Notes: generated from the letters alone by a model not told the origin. DNA of 46,361 nt from an uncultured Actinomycetes bacterium (GCA_963755025.1 CAVWIH010000001.1:1-46361), one strand, 5' to 3'. Counted from the first letter of the stretch, positions 10,597 to 21,227 are shown. A program made the numbers and translations.

Positions 10597-11402
10597 GCGT
10601 CACCACGCCGCGCGCGTACATGGCCCCGGCGCGTCGCTCGGCATTCTCCGGGCTGCGCGACGCCTGGGCCATCACCGGGCGCAACCTCATCGTCTACCGG
10701 CGCGTGCCCACGCTGCTGGTGTTCACGCTGATCCAGCCCGTCGTCTTCGTGCTGCTGTTCCGCTACGTCTTCGGCGGGGCGATCTCGGTGCCCGGCGGCA
10801 TACCGTACGTCGACTACCTCATGCCCGGCATCTTCGTGCAGACCGTGGCCTTCGGCGCGACCAACACGGCGATCGGCCTCGCCACCGACGTGAAGAGCGG
10901 CCTGCTCGAACGCTTCCATTCGCTGCCCATGGCGCGCTCGGCGGTGCTCACCGGGCGTACGTTCGCCGACCTCACGCGCAACGTCTTTGTCGTGGCCCTC
11001 ATGGCCATCGTCGGCGTGCTCGTCGGCTTTCGCGTGCAGACCAACGCCCTGCTCTTTCTGGCCGGCGTGCTGATCGTGCTCATGTTCGCCTACGCCTTCT
11101 CGTGGATCTTCGCCACGGTGGGCCTGGCGATCGGCGACCCCGAGAGTGCCCAGGCGGCCACCTTCCCGGTGCTGGCGCCGCTCGTCTTTGCCTCGTCGGT
11201 GTTCGTGCCGGTGAGCAGCATGCCGAGCTGGCTGCAGGGCTTTGCCACCTATCAGCCGGTCTCGGTCACGGCCAACGCCGCGCGCGCCCTCATGCTGGGC
11301 GGACCGACCCTCTCGTGGGTCCTGCAGTCGATCGCCTGGTGCGCGGGCATCGTGATCGTCTGCGCGCCGCTCGCCGTGTGGCTCTACCGGCGGACCAACT
11401 AG
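10593..11402 (+). CDS. DrrB-like ABC-2 permease
   Basis: QPVVFVLLFRYVFGG, YVDYLMPG, ERFHSLPMAR, FASSVFVP. Confidence 0.93.
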
Positions 11403-11538
11403 CGCCGGGCGCAGGCGCGGCGGCGCGGGCGGGGCCGGCCAATGGGCCGGCCCCGCCCGCCGCTCGTCCGCCCCGGCGACCCCCCGCCACCCGCCGCCCG
11501 CCTTTGCGCCCGGTCGCGCGCCGCATAGAATCGCGCCG

Positions 11539-12540
11539 ATGAGCGAACGGTTCCCCATTCTCGTCTCGAGCGCCGGCCGGCGCGGCGCGCTGGTCGGCAT
11601 CTTGCGGCGCACGCTGGCCGACCTGGGCCTCGACGGCGAGATCGTGGCCTCCGACATGACGCCGCTCTCCTCGGCCGCGCAACTGGCCGACCGGCGCGTC
11701 GTGGTGCCCCCGCAGGGCGACCCCAGCTTCATCGACGCGACTCTCGAGGCGTGCCGTACCCACGGCGTGCGCCTGCTGGTGCCCACCCACGACGGCGAGC
11801 TGCCGCTGCTGGCCGCGGCGCACGAGCGCTTTGCCGAGATCGGCACGACCGTCTCCATCTCGGCGCCGGCCACAGTGGCGATCGGCCGCGACAAAGCGCT
11901 GACCCACGACTGGCTCGTCGACCGCGGCTTTCCCACCGTACGCCAGGCCGCACCGGCAAAGGTGCTGGCCGCGCCCGACGGCTGGTCGTGGCCGCTGTTC
12001 GTCAAGCCGCGCGAGGGCTCGGCCGGCATCGGCGTACGGCGCGTGACCGACCCCGCCGACCTGGCTCGCGCCGTCGCCGGCGACGGCGGCGACGACCTCG
12101 TGGTGCAAGAGGTCGCGCCCGGCCGCGAGCACACCGTCGACGTGCTCGTGCTGGGCGACGGACGCTGCGTCGGCGCCGTGCCGCGGCGCCGCATCGCCGT
12201 GCGGGCCGGCGAGGTCGAGAAGGGCGTGACCGTCCGCGACCCGGCCATCGAAGGCCTCGCGCGCCGCGTGGCCGAGGCGCTGCCCGGGGCGTACGGTGTG
12301 CTCAACGTGCAGATCTTCGTCGACCCAGTCCAGGGCGACATGCGGGTGATCGAGATCAACGCCCGCTACGGCGGCGGGTTCCCGCTGGCCTACGAAGCCG
12401 GCGCGCACTACCCGGCCTGGACGATCGAAGAGATCCTGGGGCGGCCCTCGAGCGTCGCCGACCGCTGGCGCGACGGTCTCGTCATGTTGCGCTACGACGA
12501 CGCCGTGTTCGTCGAGGCGGCCGACGTGGGGCTCGCCTGA
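11539..12540 (+). CDS. Single-domain ATP-grasp protein (carbamoyl-phosphate-synthase-like)
   Basis: ILVSSAGRR, DK..TH, FVKPREGSAGIG, VVQE, EINARYGGG; TAGAAT 7 nt before ATG. Confidence 0.88.
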   Translation: MSERFPILVSSAGRRGALVGILRRTLADLGLDGEIVASDMTPLSSAAQLADRRVVVPPQGDPSFIDATLEACRTHGVRLLVPTHDGELPLLAAAHERFAEIGTTVSISAPATVAIGRDKALTHDWLVDRGFPTVRQAAPAKVLAAPDGWSWPLFVKPREGSAGIGVRRVTDPADLARAVAGDGGDDLVVQEVAPGREHTVDVLVLGDGRCVGAVPRRRIAVRAGEVEKGVTVRDPAIEGLARRVAEALPGAYGVLNVQIFVDPVQGDMRVIEINARYGGGFPLAYEAGAHYPAWTIEEILGRPSSVADRWRDGLVMLRYDDAVFVEAADVGLA

Positions 12541-12616
12541 TGCCGCGCTGCTCACTCTGTCGTCGGCCTCGCCCGATGCGCCGCCGGACTCCGCGCGCCG
12601 CCGTCCGCTGGGTCTG

Positions 12617-13291
12617 ATGAGCCCGGCCGCACTGCCGCGCTGCCTGGTCTTCGACGTCGACGACACCCTCTACTACGAACGCGACTACGTGCGCAGCGGC
12701 TTCGCCGCCGTCGGCGTTTATGCGGAGCGCGAGCACGGCATCGTCGGCCTGGGGCCGGCCTGCTGGGCGCTCTTCGAGTCGGGCGTGCGGGGCAGCACGT
12801 TCGACCGGGCGCTCACCGGACTCGGACACGCCCCCGACCCGGCGCTGGTGAGCCAGCTGATCGGCGTCTACCGCGCCCACCCGCCGCGCATCAGGCTGCT
12901 GCCCGACGCCCACGCCTGTCTGGAACGCTGGCTGGGGCGCGCCTACATCGGCATCGTGACCGACGGTCCGGCGGTCAGTCAGCGCGCCAAGATCGCCGCG
13001 CTCGAGCTCAGCGCCTATGTCGACCGCGCCGTCGTCACCTCTGAGCTCGGCGCCGACGCCGGCAAGCCCGACCCGCGCGCCTTCGCCCTGCTGCAGGGCG
13101 AATCGGGCTGCGCCGCCGTCGAGTGCTGCTACGTGGCCGACAACCCGGCCAAGGACTTCGGCGGTCCCCGTTCACTCGGCTGGCGCACGGTGCGCCTGCG
13201 GCGCGCCGCCGGCCTGCATGCCGCGGCGCCGAGCGGCGCCGACGTCGACCGCGAGATCGCCACCTTGGACGAGCTCGACGAGGCGCTGTAG
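12617..13291 (+). CDS. HAD-superfamily hydrolase
   Basis: FDVDDTLY, VTDG, GKP, YVADNPAKD. Confidence 0.9.
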   Translation: MSPAALPRCLVFDVDDTLYYERDYVRSGFAAVGVYAEREHGIVGLGPACWALFESGVRGSTFDRALTGLGHAPDPALVSQLIGVYRAHPPRIRLLPDAHACLERWLGRAYIGIVTDGPAVSQRAKIAALELSAYVDRAVVTSELGADAGKPDPRAFALLQGESGCAAVECCYVADNPAKDFGGPRSLGWRTVRLRRAAGLHAAAPSGADVDREIATLDELDEAL

Positions 13292-13367
13292 GAACCAGCC
13301 CGCGCAGGCCGAGCGGCCGGTGCGGGCCGCCGCACGACGACGCAGGCCGAAAGGAGGACCGACGGAC

Positions 13368-14004
13368 ATAGCAACCACATCCAGCGACGCGCTCGCCACC
13401 GGCGCCGACGGCCACGACCGCTGCTTCTGGGCGGTCGGGGCGCCCGAGTACCTTGGCTACCACGACCACGAGTGGGGGCGGCCGGTCGAGAGCGACGACG
13501 GCTTCTTCGAGCGTCTCTGCCTCGAGGCGTTCCAGTCGGGGCTCTCGTGGCTCACGATCCTGCGCAAGCGGCCCGCGTTTCGCGCCGCCTTCGCCGACTT
13601 TCACCTGGAGGCGGTGGCCGCGTTCGGCCCCGACGACGCCGAACGCCTCATGAACGACGCCGGCATCGTGCGCAACCGCCGCAAGATCGAGGCCGCCCTG
13701 CACAACGCCGGACGCTGCCTCGAGGTGGTCGACGAGCTCGGCTCGCTGGCGGCGCTGCTCTGGCGCTTTCGCCCCGCCGAGGCGCCGCCGCCCATCCGCT
13801 CGCGCGCCGGCTGGCCGGCGGTGACCCCCGAGTCGACCGCCATGGCCGCCGAGCTGCGCAAACGCGGCTTTCGCTTTGTCGGTCCGACCACGGCCTACGC
13901 CACCATGCAGGCCGCCGGCCTCGTCAACGACCACGCCGAGGGCTGCTTCGTGCGCGAGCAGGTCGAGCGCGAGCAGCGCGCGCGCCGCACGGCTCACGAA
14001 GTAG
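13368..14004 (+). CDS. tag: DNA-3-methyladenine glycosylase I (ATA at the expected start; probable indel before TAG at 14002)
   Basis: RCFW, YHDHEWG, LEAFQSGLSW, GIVRNRRKI, FVGPTT, NDH..GC; AGGAGG RBS 10 nt before ATA. Confidence 0.85.
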
Positions 14005-14043
14005 CCGGCGCCACGGACCGGCCGCGCAGCCTGTCGGCGCCCG

Positions 14044-14523
14044 CTACGAAGCCCGGCGTTCCTGATCGCGGTGCTGCGCGCTCACTGCGACGCGGCGCTC
14101 GGCCTCGGCTTTCAGGTCGGCGAGGCCCGACTCAAGCGAGCTCTGCAGCGTGCGCCGCAGCCGCCCGGCGAACAGGCGCACCACCAGGCCCTCCCACGAC
14201 TCCGCTTCGCGGACGAACGTGCCGCCGTCGCGCGGCTCGAGCCGGAACGTATCGATCGCTTTGATGCCCATGGTCGAGCCCGTCCACGAGATAGTCCGGG
14301 GAGGATCGACCTCTTGCAGCGTCGAGCTGATCGTGCCGGGACCCGACTTCCATACGAAGAGCGTGCCCGGCGCCAGCGAGCCGTGCAGCGCCATCGACTG
14401 CACGTCGTGCTTCCAGGTGGGCCACTTCTCGAGATCGGTGAGCAGCCGCCAGACTGACTCAGGGTCGGCTGCGATCTGCGTCTCGGCTCGCGCTATGGCG
14501 GGCGCCTTCTCGTGGATCTCCAT
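14044..14523 (-). CDS. SRPBCC/START-like (polyketide cyclase) protein
   Basis: IAADPESVWRLLTDLEKWPTW, C-terminal helix LADLKAEAE; GGAG RBS. Confidence 0.85.
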   Translation of the reverse strand: MEIHEKAPAIARAETQIAADPESVWRLLTDLEKWPTWKHDVQSMALHGSLAPGTLFVWKSGPGTISSTLQEVDPPRTISWTGSTMGIKAIDTFRLEPRDGGTFVREAESWEGLVVRLFAGRLRRTLQSSLESGLADLKAEAERRVAVSAQHRDQERRAS

Positions 14524-14701
14524 ACCGCCGCTCCTGTCCGACCGACTTGCTCTCTGCTTGTCCGTCTTCCCGCGGGCAGGCATCCCAACCACACAGCCCG
14601 GACCGCGCCGCGGCCAACGTCGGGCGCGGGCCGTCGGCCCGCACCGGCCACCGTCGTGCGGGCAGCCGCCCGCGCGTGCCCAACTGCTACACTGAGGCGC
14701 C

Positions 14702-16042
14702 ATGGAGTCCTCGTCCGAGCACCCCACCCGGCCGCCCACGCCTGCCGGCCCGCACGACGGCGGCGAAACGCCGCCCGCACCTGCCGGCCTGCACGACGAC
14801 GGCGAAGCGCCGCCCACCTCGCCCGGCCCGCACGACGGCGGCGAAACGCCGCCCGCGCCGCCGCCGCTCGAGTTCGGCGCGCGTGACGCCGGCCAAGCGC
14901 CGCCTACTCCGCCGGCGCGGCGCCACCCTCGGCCACCGCGCCGCCGTCCGCGCCCGCTGCTCGTCCTCGTGCTGATCGCAGCGCTGCTCGTCGTCGTCAT
15001 CGCCGCGGTCGCGGTCGCCACGCATCACACGACGGGGACGGGCACAGGTTCGTTCAGCGGGCAGGTGAGCGCGCCCGGCGGCGGGCGCCACCAGCGCGTC
15101 GCCGCCTGGCTCACCAGCACCTCGCGCTCCCTCGACACCGCTCTCGCGGCCCACGCCCTCGACGAGGTCGACTGCGACTGGTACACGATCGGCGCCGGCG
15201 GCACGGTGAGCGCCGGTCCCGAGAACCTCGCCCTGGTCGCCGACGCGCGCGCTCACGGCGTGCAGGCCTTCGCGACGGTCACCAACCGGCCCGACAGCAG
15301 CGGTTCGTTCACCAGCTCGATCCCGCGCGCCATCCTCTCCTCGCCCGCCCGGCAGCAACGCGCGATCGACGGGCTCGTCGCGCTGGCCGTGGCCAAAGGT
15401 TACGACGGCATCGACATCGACTGGGAGCTCGTGCCGGTCGCCGAGCGCAACGCCTTCAGCCACTTCATAGCGAACCTGGCGACGGCGCTGCACGCCCGCC
15501 ACCGCCTGCTCTCGGTGGCGGTCTTCGCCAAGACCTCCGAGCCCGGCAAGTGGGACTCGCAGAAGGTCTACGACTACCACGCGCTCGGCGCGGCGGTCGA
15601 CGAGCTCAAGATCATGACCTACAGCTTCAGCGGACCGTGGAGCTCGCCGGGGCCGCAGGCGCCGCTCGGCTGGACGCGCGCGGTGATCGACTTCGCCCGC
15701 ACCGTGGTGCCGGCCAAAAAGATCTACATGGGCCTGCCGTTCTATGGCTACGACTGGCACGCCGGCGGGGCGACCGCCGTGCAGGCCGCCGACGCCGCCG
15801 CCCTGATCGCGGCCCACCACTTCAAGGTCGCTCACGACGCGGCCTCGGGCGAAGCCGACCTGAGCTACACCGACACCCAGGGCGTGAAGCACGTCCTGTG
15901 GTTCATCGACAGCCGTGCGCTCACGACCAAGCTCGACCTGCTCGAGTCGCACTTTCCCGGCATCGGCGGCGTCGCCATCTGGCAGATGTACCGCGAAGAC
16001 CCGGGCTTCTGGACCGTGCTCGAACGCACGATGAGCCGCTAG
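14702..16042 (+). CDS. Membrane-anchored GH18 glycoside hydrolase (chitinase/peptidoglycan hydrolase-like)
   Basis: DGIDIDWE catalytic motif, IMTY, GLPFYGYDW, GVAIW; N-terminal TM helix after Pro-rich repeats. Confidence 0.9.
   Translation: MESSSEHPTRPPTPAGPHDGGETPPAPAGLHDDGEAPPTSPGPHDGGETPPAPPPLEFGARDAGQAPPTPPARRHPRPPRRRPRPLLVLVLIAALLVVVIAAVAVATHHTTGTGTGSFSGQVSAPGGGRHQRVAAWLTSTSRSLDTALAAHALDEVDCDWYTIGAGGTVSAGPENLALVADARAHGVQAFATVTNRPDSSGSFTSSIPRAILSSPARQQRAIDGLVALAVAKGYDGIDIDWELVPVAERNAFSHFIANLATALHARHRLLSVAVFAKTSEPGKWDSQKVYDYHALGAAVDELKIMTYSFSGPWSSPGPQAPLGWTRAVIDFARTVVPAKKIYMGLPFYGYDWHAGGATAVQAADAAALIAAHHFKVAHDAASGEADLSYTDTQGVKHVLWFIDSRALTTKLDLLESHFPGIGGVAIWQMYREDPGFWTVLERTMSR
14740..14857. 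repeat. 39-bp x3 in-frame repeat (PAGPHDGGETPPA) at the GH18 N-terminus
   Basis: Three 13-aa units visible in DNA and protein. Confidence 0.85.
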
Positions 16043-16416
16043 GTCGGGTTCTCAGCTTGCCGCAGCGCCTCGGCGAAGCGCTCGTAGGGTCCCGCCGGCA
16101 CGCAGATCTCGCAGCGGTTGGTGGTCTTCACCCGGTCGGGCTCGTCGGCCGCCCAGGCGGCGAGCTGCTCGCGAGCCGCGCTCGCCGCCGGCGTGGCTAC
16201 GCCCTCGAGGTCGACCTGCAGGCGCGCGAGGACCGCGCGATAGTTCTCGCAGGCGGCGCAGCGCGCCATGGTGTCGTGGATCTGGCCGAGGGCGCGCACG
16301 ATGTCGGCGATCGGCTCGTCGAGGCCTGTCGCCGGCGCGTCGGGGCTGCGCGGCGCGCTGCTGCGCGGGTCGTCGGCGCGGCGCGGCGTGCTGCTGCGTG
16401 GGTCGTCGGGCGCCAC
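16039..16416 (-). CDS. Small hypothetical protein with two CxxC motifs (putative Zn binding)
   Basis: GTG 5 nt after the HD-gene stop; CAAC and CEIC; N-terminal 11-aa duplication DDPRSS. Confidence 0.6.
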   Translation of the reverse strand: MAPDDPRSSTPRRADDPRSSAPRSPDAPATGLDEPIADIVRALGQIHDTMARCAACENYRAVLARLQVDLEGVATPAASAAREQLAAWAADEPDRVKTTNRCEICVPAGPYERFAEALRQAENPT

Positions 16417-16421
16417 GGCGG

Positions 16422-17823
16422 CTAGAGGTTCGTGAGGCTCGTCTCGGCGCCGTCGGTGAGCGCGCGGCGGGCCGCGTCGCGCGAGCTCGCGGTCGTGCTC
16501 GCGCGTGGTGGCGAAGACGCGATACAGGTGCGCCTTGGCCGGCACGAAGGCGAGGATGCCGGTGAGCAGCTCTTCTTCGACCTGGCCGCTGGCGGGGTCG
16601 TAGATGAGGATGCGCTTGGGACCGGTCATGGGGTTCAGCGGCCGCGGGTCTTGCGAGGCGACGTCGCAGACGAACTCGATGCCGGCCAGGGCGGCGGGCA
16701 GGCGCTCGACGGATACGCTGGTGGAACTGCTGGCGGGTCCAGTCGCTGGCCCCCGGCGGCAGCGCGACGCGCTCGATGGCCTGCTCGTAGACCATGCGGT
16801 ACTTCACGTCGCGGTGGATGATGCGCTCCCACTCGGCGGCCAGGCAGGCGGCGGCGCGGCGGCGAACCGGGGTCGTCGGCCCAGCGTTCGACCTCGGTGA
16901 ACAGCGACCACTCGGTGAGGTGGCGGTAGGCGCGCAGGTCGTCGAGCGGGCTGTGCGGCAGGATCGACGTCCATGGTGTCGGAGAAGATCTCGCGCATGT
17001 GCAGGTCGATGGCGTGGCCGATGCGGTGAAAGTAGACGTTCTCGTACATGTAGAAGCGCGCGTTCAGGAACGCCCGCAGGGCGTTCAGCGCGCGCTTGTG
17101 GAACGTGAGGCCGTCGGGCGAGCAGAAGCTGTAGTAGATGAGGCGCGGCACGTCGACCGCCGCCAGCGAGACGCCGCACATGTAGGCGTCGCGGCGCACG
17201 TAGTCCATGTTGTCGGCGGTCACGGCGCCCGACAGCACGGAGTGCAGCAGCCTGACCCAATGGGGCACCTCGCCGAGTCCCTCGTCGTGCGCGCGGATCA
17301 GCCAGGCCACGTGCACCGGGTCGATGCGCTCGCCGGGGGCGAAGGCCCCGTGGGGCGAGCGCTCGAGGGCGCGCAACAGGTCGCCCAGCTCGTTGACGAT
17401 CAGGTGCTGCGACAGGCGTTCGTGGTCGAGCCCGAACCTGGGGTGCAGGAACTGGTCGTCGAAGAAGTGGCTGAAGGGGCCGTGGCCCAGGTCGTGCAGC
17501 AGGCCGGCCATGCGCAGCGTCTCTTCGACCAGGGCGCGCGAGGGCGTGTCGGGGGCCTCGTCGCGCAGCGTGTCGTACAGGTTCTCGGCGAACTCGCCGG
17601 ACAGGTGCATGGCGCCCAGGCTGTGGGCGAAGCGGCTGTGCTCGGCGGTGGGGAACACCCACCACGAGCTCTGCAGCTGATGGATGCGCTTGAGACGCTG
17701 CACCCAGGGGTCGTCGATGATGGTCGCTTCGGCGACCTCGCCCTCGGTGCGCGGCACGGTGATGCGCAGATAGCCGTAGAGCGGGTCGGCGATCAGGTGA
17801 ATATCGTCGTAGGGCAGGCCCAT
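16422..17823 (-). CDS. HD-domain phosphohydrolase, SAMHD1/YdhJ dNTPase-like (several frameshifts in the 3' half)
   Basis: DPLYG, QRLKRIHQL, HSRFAHSLG, LLHDLGHGPFSH, DNMDYVRRD, MYENVYFH; C-terminal pieces continue in other frames to ...SLTNL*; TATGTT 7 nt before ATG 17823. Confidence 0.85.
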
Positions 17824-17890
17824 GGCGACAAACATACCACCTGTGCGTGGCCGCCCGTACGTGGCCGCGGCGCCGCTGCGGCGCGCAGGG

Positions 17891-18010
17891 GCCGCGGCGC
17901 GTGCACTGCGGGTCCGCTGCGCAGGGCCGCGGCGCGTGCAGTACGGGCCCGCGGCGCAGGGCCGCGGCGCGTGCAGTACGGGCCCGCGGCGCAGGGCCGC
18001 GGCGTGTGCG
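17891..18010. repeat. 35-bp intergenic tandem repeat, about 3.4 copies
   Basis: GCCGCGGCGCGTGCAGTACGGGCCCGCGGCGCAGG units at 17891 (degenerate), 17926, 17961, partial 17996. Confidence 0.9.
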
Positions 18011-18024
18011 ACCCGGCCCGTCGC

Positions 18025-19101
18025 TCAGGCCACGAGCGGCCCCGGCAGGCTGCCCGTCTGCCAGCTCGGGCCTTCGTCGAGCAGGCTGCGGTAGGCGGCC
18101 TCGTGCGCCCGCACGAAGCGCTCTATGCCGAAGCGCTCCTGGGCGGCGCGGCGGCACTCGGCCGGGTCGATCTGGTCGATCTGGCCCAGCGCCTCGACCA
18201 TCTCGTCGACGTCGTCGACGATGAAGCCGGTGCGGCCGTGCTCGATCACCTCGGGCACGGCGCCGCGGCGGAAGGCGATCACCGGCGTGCCGGCGGCCAG
18301 CGACTCGATCATCACGAGGCCGAAGGGCTCGGCCCACTGGATCGGGAACAGCGTGCAGCGCGCGCGCCGGTAGAGCTCGTCTTTGGTCTCCACGTCGACT
18401 TCGCCGCGAAAGTAGATGCGATCGGAGAGGTGGGGCTCGATCTCGGCGGCGAAGTACTCGTGCTCGGCGGCCTCGTTGACCTTGCCGGCGAGGATGAGCC
18501 GCGACTCGACCCGGCGCGCCACCTCGACGGCGTTGTGGGCGCCCTTGTCGGCGATCATGCGCCCGATGAACAGCAGGTAGTCGTCCTTTTCGGCCGAGAA
18601 GGGGTGCCGGTCGATGTCGATGGCGTTGGGGATGGTGGCCACGAAGGGCAGCTCGGGCAGCCCGCCGCGCTGGTAGTCGGAGATCGCGATGAAGCGCAGG
18701 TCGTGGCGCATGGTCGACAGCACTTCCTGCGTGAGCGGGTCGGCGGGGCCGTGCAGCGTGGCCACCACGGGGGCGCCCACCAGGCGGTGGACGAGCGCGC
18801 CCATGGCGCGCGAGGCGAGGCCGTCGTGGTCGTGGATCACGTCGAACTGGCGCGCCTTCGAGTAGGCCTCGAGGCCGTGGATGATCTCGACGTGGGCGTG
18901 AGTGGCGATCTTCTCGCTGGGGGCGCGGCCGTACACGAACGACAGCCGCGCCAGCGTGCTGGAGTCGCCGCTGGCGAACAGCGTGACGTCGTGGCCGCGC
19001 GCCACGAGGCCCTCGGTGAGCAGGTGGACGACCAACTCGATGCCCCCGTAGCCCGTCGGCGGCAGCGGAAACCAGGGCGGGGCGATCATGCCGATCCTCA
19101 T
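18025..19101 (-). CDS. GT4-family glycosyltransferase
   Basis: MRIGMIAPPW..PP.GYGGIE, GR...KG, EPFGLVMIE. Confidence 0.93.
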   Translation of the reverse strand: MRIGMIAPPWFPLPPTGYGGIELVVHLLTEGLVARGHDVTLFASGDSSTLARLSFVYGRAPSEKIATHAHVEIIHGLEAYSKARQFDVIHDHDGLASRAMGALVHRLVGAPVVATLHGPADPLTQEVLSTMRHDLRFIAISDYQRGGLPELPFVATIPNAIDIDRHPFSAEKDDYLLFIGRMIADKGAHNAVEVARRVESRLILAGKVNEAAEHEYFAAEIEPHLSDRIYFRGEVDVETKDELYRRARCTLFPIQWAEPFGLVMIESLAAGTPVIAFRRGAVPEVIEHGRTGFIVDDVDEMVEALGQIDQIDPAECRRAAQERFGIERFVRAHEAAYRSLLDEGPSWQTGSLPGPLVA

Positions 19102-19393
19102 GTGGCGTGCCTCCGGGGCGGGTCGACGCGTGGCCAGCGGCCGCGCGCTCGTGGTGCGCCAAGCCCAAGTCGCGACGCGGCGCTGCCGCCATCCTTCCCG
19201 TACGAACAAGCGGCACAAACCCACGTGGGGGCGCCCGACGTAGCGCGGCGGGCGGCGGGGCGGCGGGGCGGCCGCAGCGGGCGGCGCAAGCCTGCGGCGC
19301 GCGGCGGCGGCGCGCGGCGCAAGCCTGCGGCGCGCAGCGGCGGCGCCTGCCGAGCGGCTCTGGGGCGGCGTTGGGCGTGCTATCGTCTGGGCT

Positions 19394-20278
19394 GTGATCG
19401 ACCTGCACGCGCACACGACCTACTCCGACGGCACCTTCTCGCCGCGCGAGCTCGTTGCGCTCGCCGGCAGGATCGGCCTGAGCGCCGTGGCGGTCACCGA
19501 CCACGACTCGATCGGCGGCGTAGACGAGGCGCTCGCCGCCGGCGCCGAGCTCGGTATCGAGGTCGTACCGGGAGTCGAGATCAACCTCGAGCACGACGGC
19601 CGCACGGTCGACCTGCTGGGCTACTTTCCCGGCGGGCCGCCGGGCGCCGAGCTGCGCGCCGGCCTCAGCGAGCTGCGCGGCTACCGCGACGTGCGCAATG
19701 CCCAGATCCTCGAGCGCCTGCGCGGGCTGGGCTACCCGATCGAGCCGGCCGAGCTCGCCGACATCGCCGGCAGCGGTGCCGTCGGGCGGCCGCACATAGG
19801 CGAAGCCATGCGGCGACGCGGCTACGTGAGCTCGATCACCGAGGCCTTCGACCGCTTCCTGCACCGCGGCGCGCCCGCCTGGGTCGACCGGCAACGCCTC
19901 TCGCTGTCAGAGGCCGTGCGCCTGGTGCGCCGCGCCGACGGCCTGGCGGCGATCGCCCACCCCGACATCATCCGCACCGACGAGGCCGGCCTGGCCGCGC
20001 TGGTGGCCGAAGCGCGCGGCTGCGGCATAGGCGGCCTCGAGTGCTTCTACCCCGAGCACAGCGAGCAGACGGTGGCGCGCTGCCTCAAGCTCGCCGCCCT
20101 GAACGGCCTGGTGCCCACGGGCGGCTCCGACTTTCACGGCCAGACCAAGCCCGACGTGCGCCTGGGGCAGGCAAACGACGGGCGCCCCGTGCCCGACGCC
20201 GTGCTCGCCGGCCTCAAGGCGCGCTGGCTGCAGGAGCACGAAGCGCGCGCGGCGGGAGCGGCCGAACCGAGCTGCTGA
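19394..20278 (+). CDS. PHP-domain phosphoesterase (TrpH/YciV-like)
   Basis: DLHAHTTYSDG, TDHD, GVEI, GRPH, AHP, GGSDFHG; TATCGT 7 nt before GTG. Confidence 0.92.
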   Translation: MIDLHAHTTYSDGTFSPRELVALAGRIGLSAVAVTDHDSIGGVDEALAAGAELGIEVVPGVEINLEHDGRTVDLLGYFPGGPPGAELRAGLSELRGYRDVRNAQILERLRGLGYPIEPAELADIAGSGAVGRPHIGEAMRRRGYVSSITEAFDRFLHRGAPAWVDRQRLSLSEAVRLVRRADGLAAIAHPDIIRTDEAGLAALVAEARGCGIGGLECFYPEHSEQTVARCLKLAALNGLVPTGGSDFHGQTKPDVRLGQANDGRPVPDAVLAGLKARWLQEHEARAAGAAEPSC

Positions 20279-20364
20279 GGGATCGGCCACGGCGGGCGAT
20301 GGCGGTGCAAGGGTGAGACGACTACGCGCGGGGTTGGCCGCGCGAGAGCGCCGCGCGAGTCCGG

Positions 20365-21123
20365 CTACGACTGCTGCTGCGCCTTGCGCGCCGCCCGGCG
20401 CTCCTCCCACGCGGCGCGCTCTTGGCGTATGCGCTCCTCGGCGGCCTCGACCTGCTGGCGGTTCTCGGCGCGCTTCTGCATGCGGCTGATGAAGATGGCG
20501 ACGGCGATGCCCACGGCGATCGCGAACACCCAGGCGAGCACCCCGAAGACCTTGCTGATGCGCACCACGCTGGCGGCGAACACGTAGGCGAGCGTCGACA
20601 TGGTGGTCGCCCAGGCCAGGCCGCCGAGCGCGTTCCAGAAGACGAAGTGCTTCCAGTGCATGCGTGAGGCGCCGGCGAACAACGCCGCCCAGACACGCAG
20701 AAAGATCACCCAGCGGCCGAAGAACACCGTCTTGGGACCGTGGCGCTCGAAGAAGCTGTCGAGAATGGCGAGCTGGCGGTCTTTGACGTGCAGCACGCGG
20801 CCGTAGCGGAACAGGAGCGGCCGCCCCCCGGCCCGCCCGACCAGGTAACCCAGGTTGTCGCCCACGATGGCCGCCGAGGCGCCCACCAGAATGACGAGGG
20901 GCAGCGAGAGGATGCCCTTCGAGGCCGCCAGGCCGCCGGCCAGCAGCACCGTCTCGCCGGGCAGCGGTATGCCGGCGCTCTCACCCAGGATCGGCAGGAA
21001 GATGATGAAGTAGCCGTAGTGCCGAAAGGCGGTCTCGACGTTGTTCATGATGTTGCTGAAGAACGAGAAGACGCTGGCCACGACGGAGAGGTGCGCGGCG
21101 AGGGTGAGAAAGAGTGTGTGCAT
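20365..21123 (-). CDS. DedA-family membrane protein
   Basis: ESAGIPLPGET, GDNLGY, FFGRW..LR; TATCCT 7 nt before ATG. Confidence 0.92.
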   Translation of the reverse strand: MHTLFLTLAAHLSVVASVFSFFSNIMNNVETAFRHYGYFIIFLPILGESAGIPLPGETVLLAGGLAASKGILSLPLVILVGASAAIVGDNLGYLVGRAGGRPLLFRYGRVLHVKDRQLAILDSFFERHGPKTVFFGRWVIFLRVWAALFAGASRMHWKHFVFWNALGGLAWATTMSTLAYVFAASVVRISKVFGVLAWVFAIAVGIAVAIFISRMQKRAENRQQVEAAEERIRQERAAWEERRAARKAQQQS

Positions 21124-21227
21124 CCCGCGAAGGATACCATCGCGGCGGCAGCGGCTAACGCCGTGCCGCCGGCTTCACGGTTCTCGCGGCTAACGCCGCG
21201 CCGCCCTGCCTCACAGTTCTCGCGCGG

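Noticed and set aside
13017-14264. 415-aa extended Tag protein overlapping the SRPBCC gene
   Set aside because: Extensions lack family features and overlap the HAD gene and the opposite-strand gene; explained by the ATA start and a 3' indel
16052-20316. Very long ORFs of 1280 aa and 1105 aa, and similar Arg/Ala/Pro-rich ORFs throughout
   Set aside because: Shadow frames typical of high-GC DNA, overlapping genes with clear family motifs
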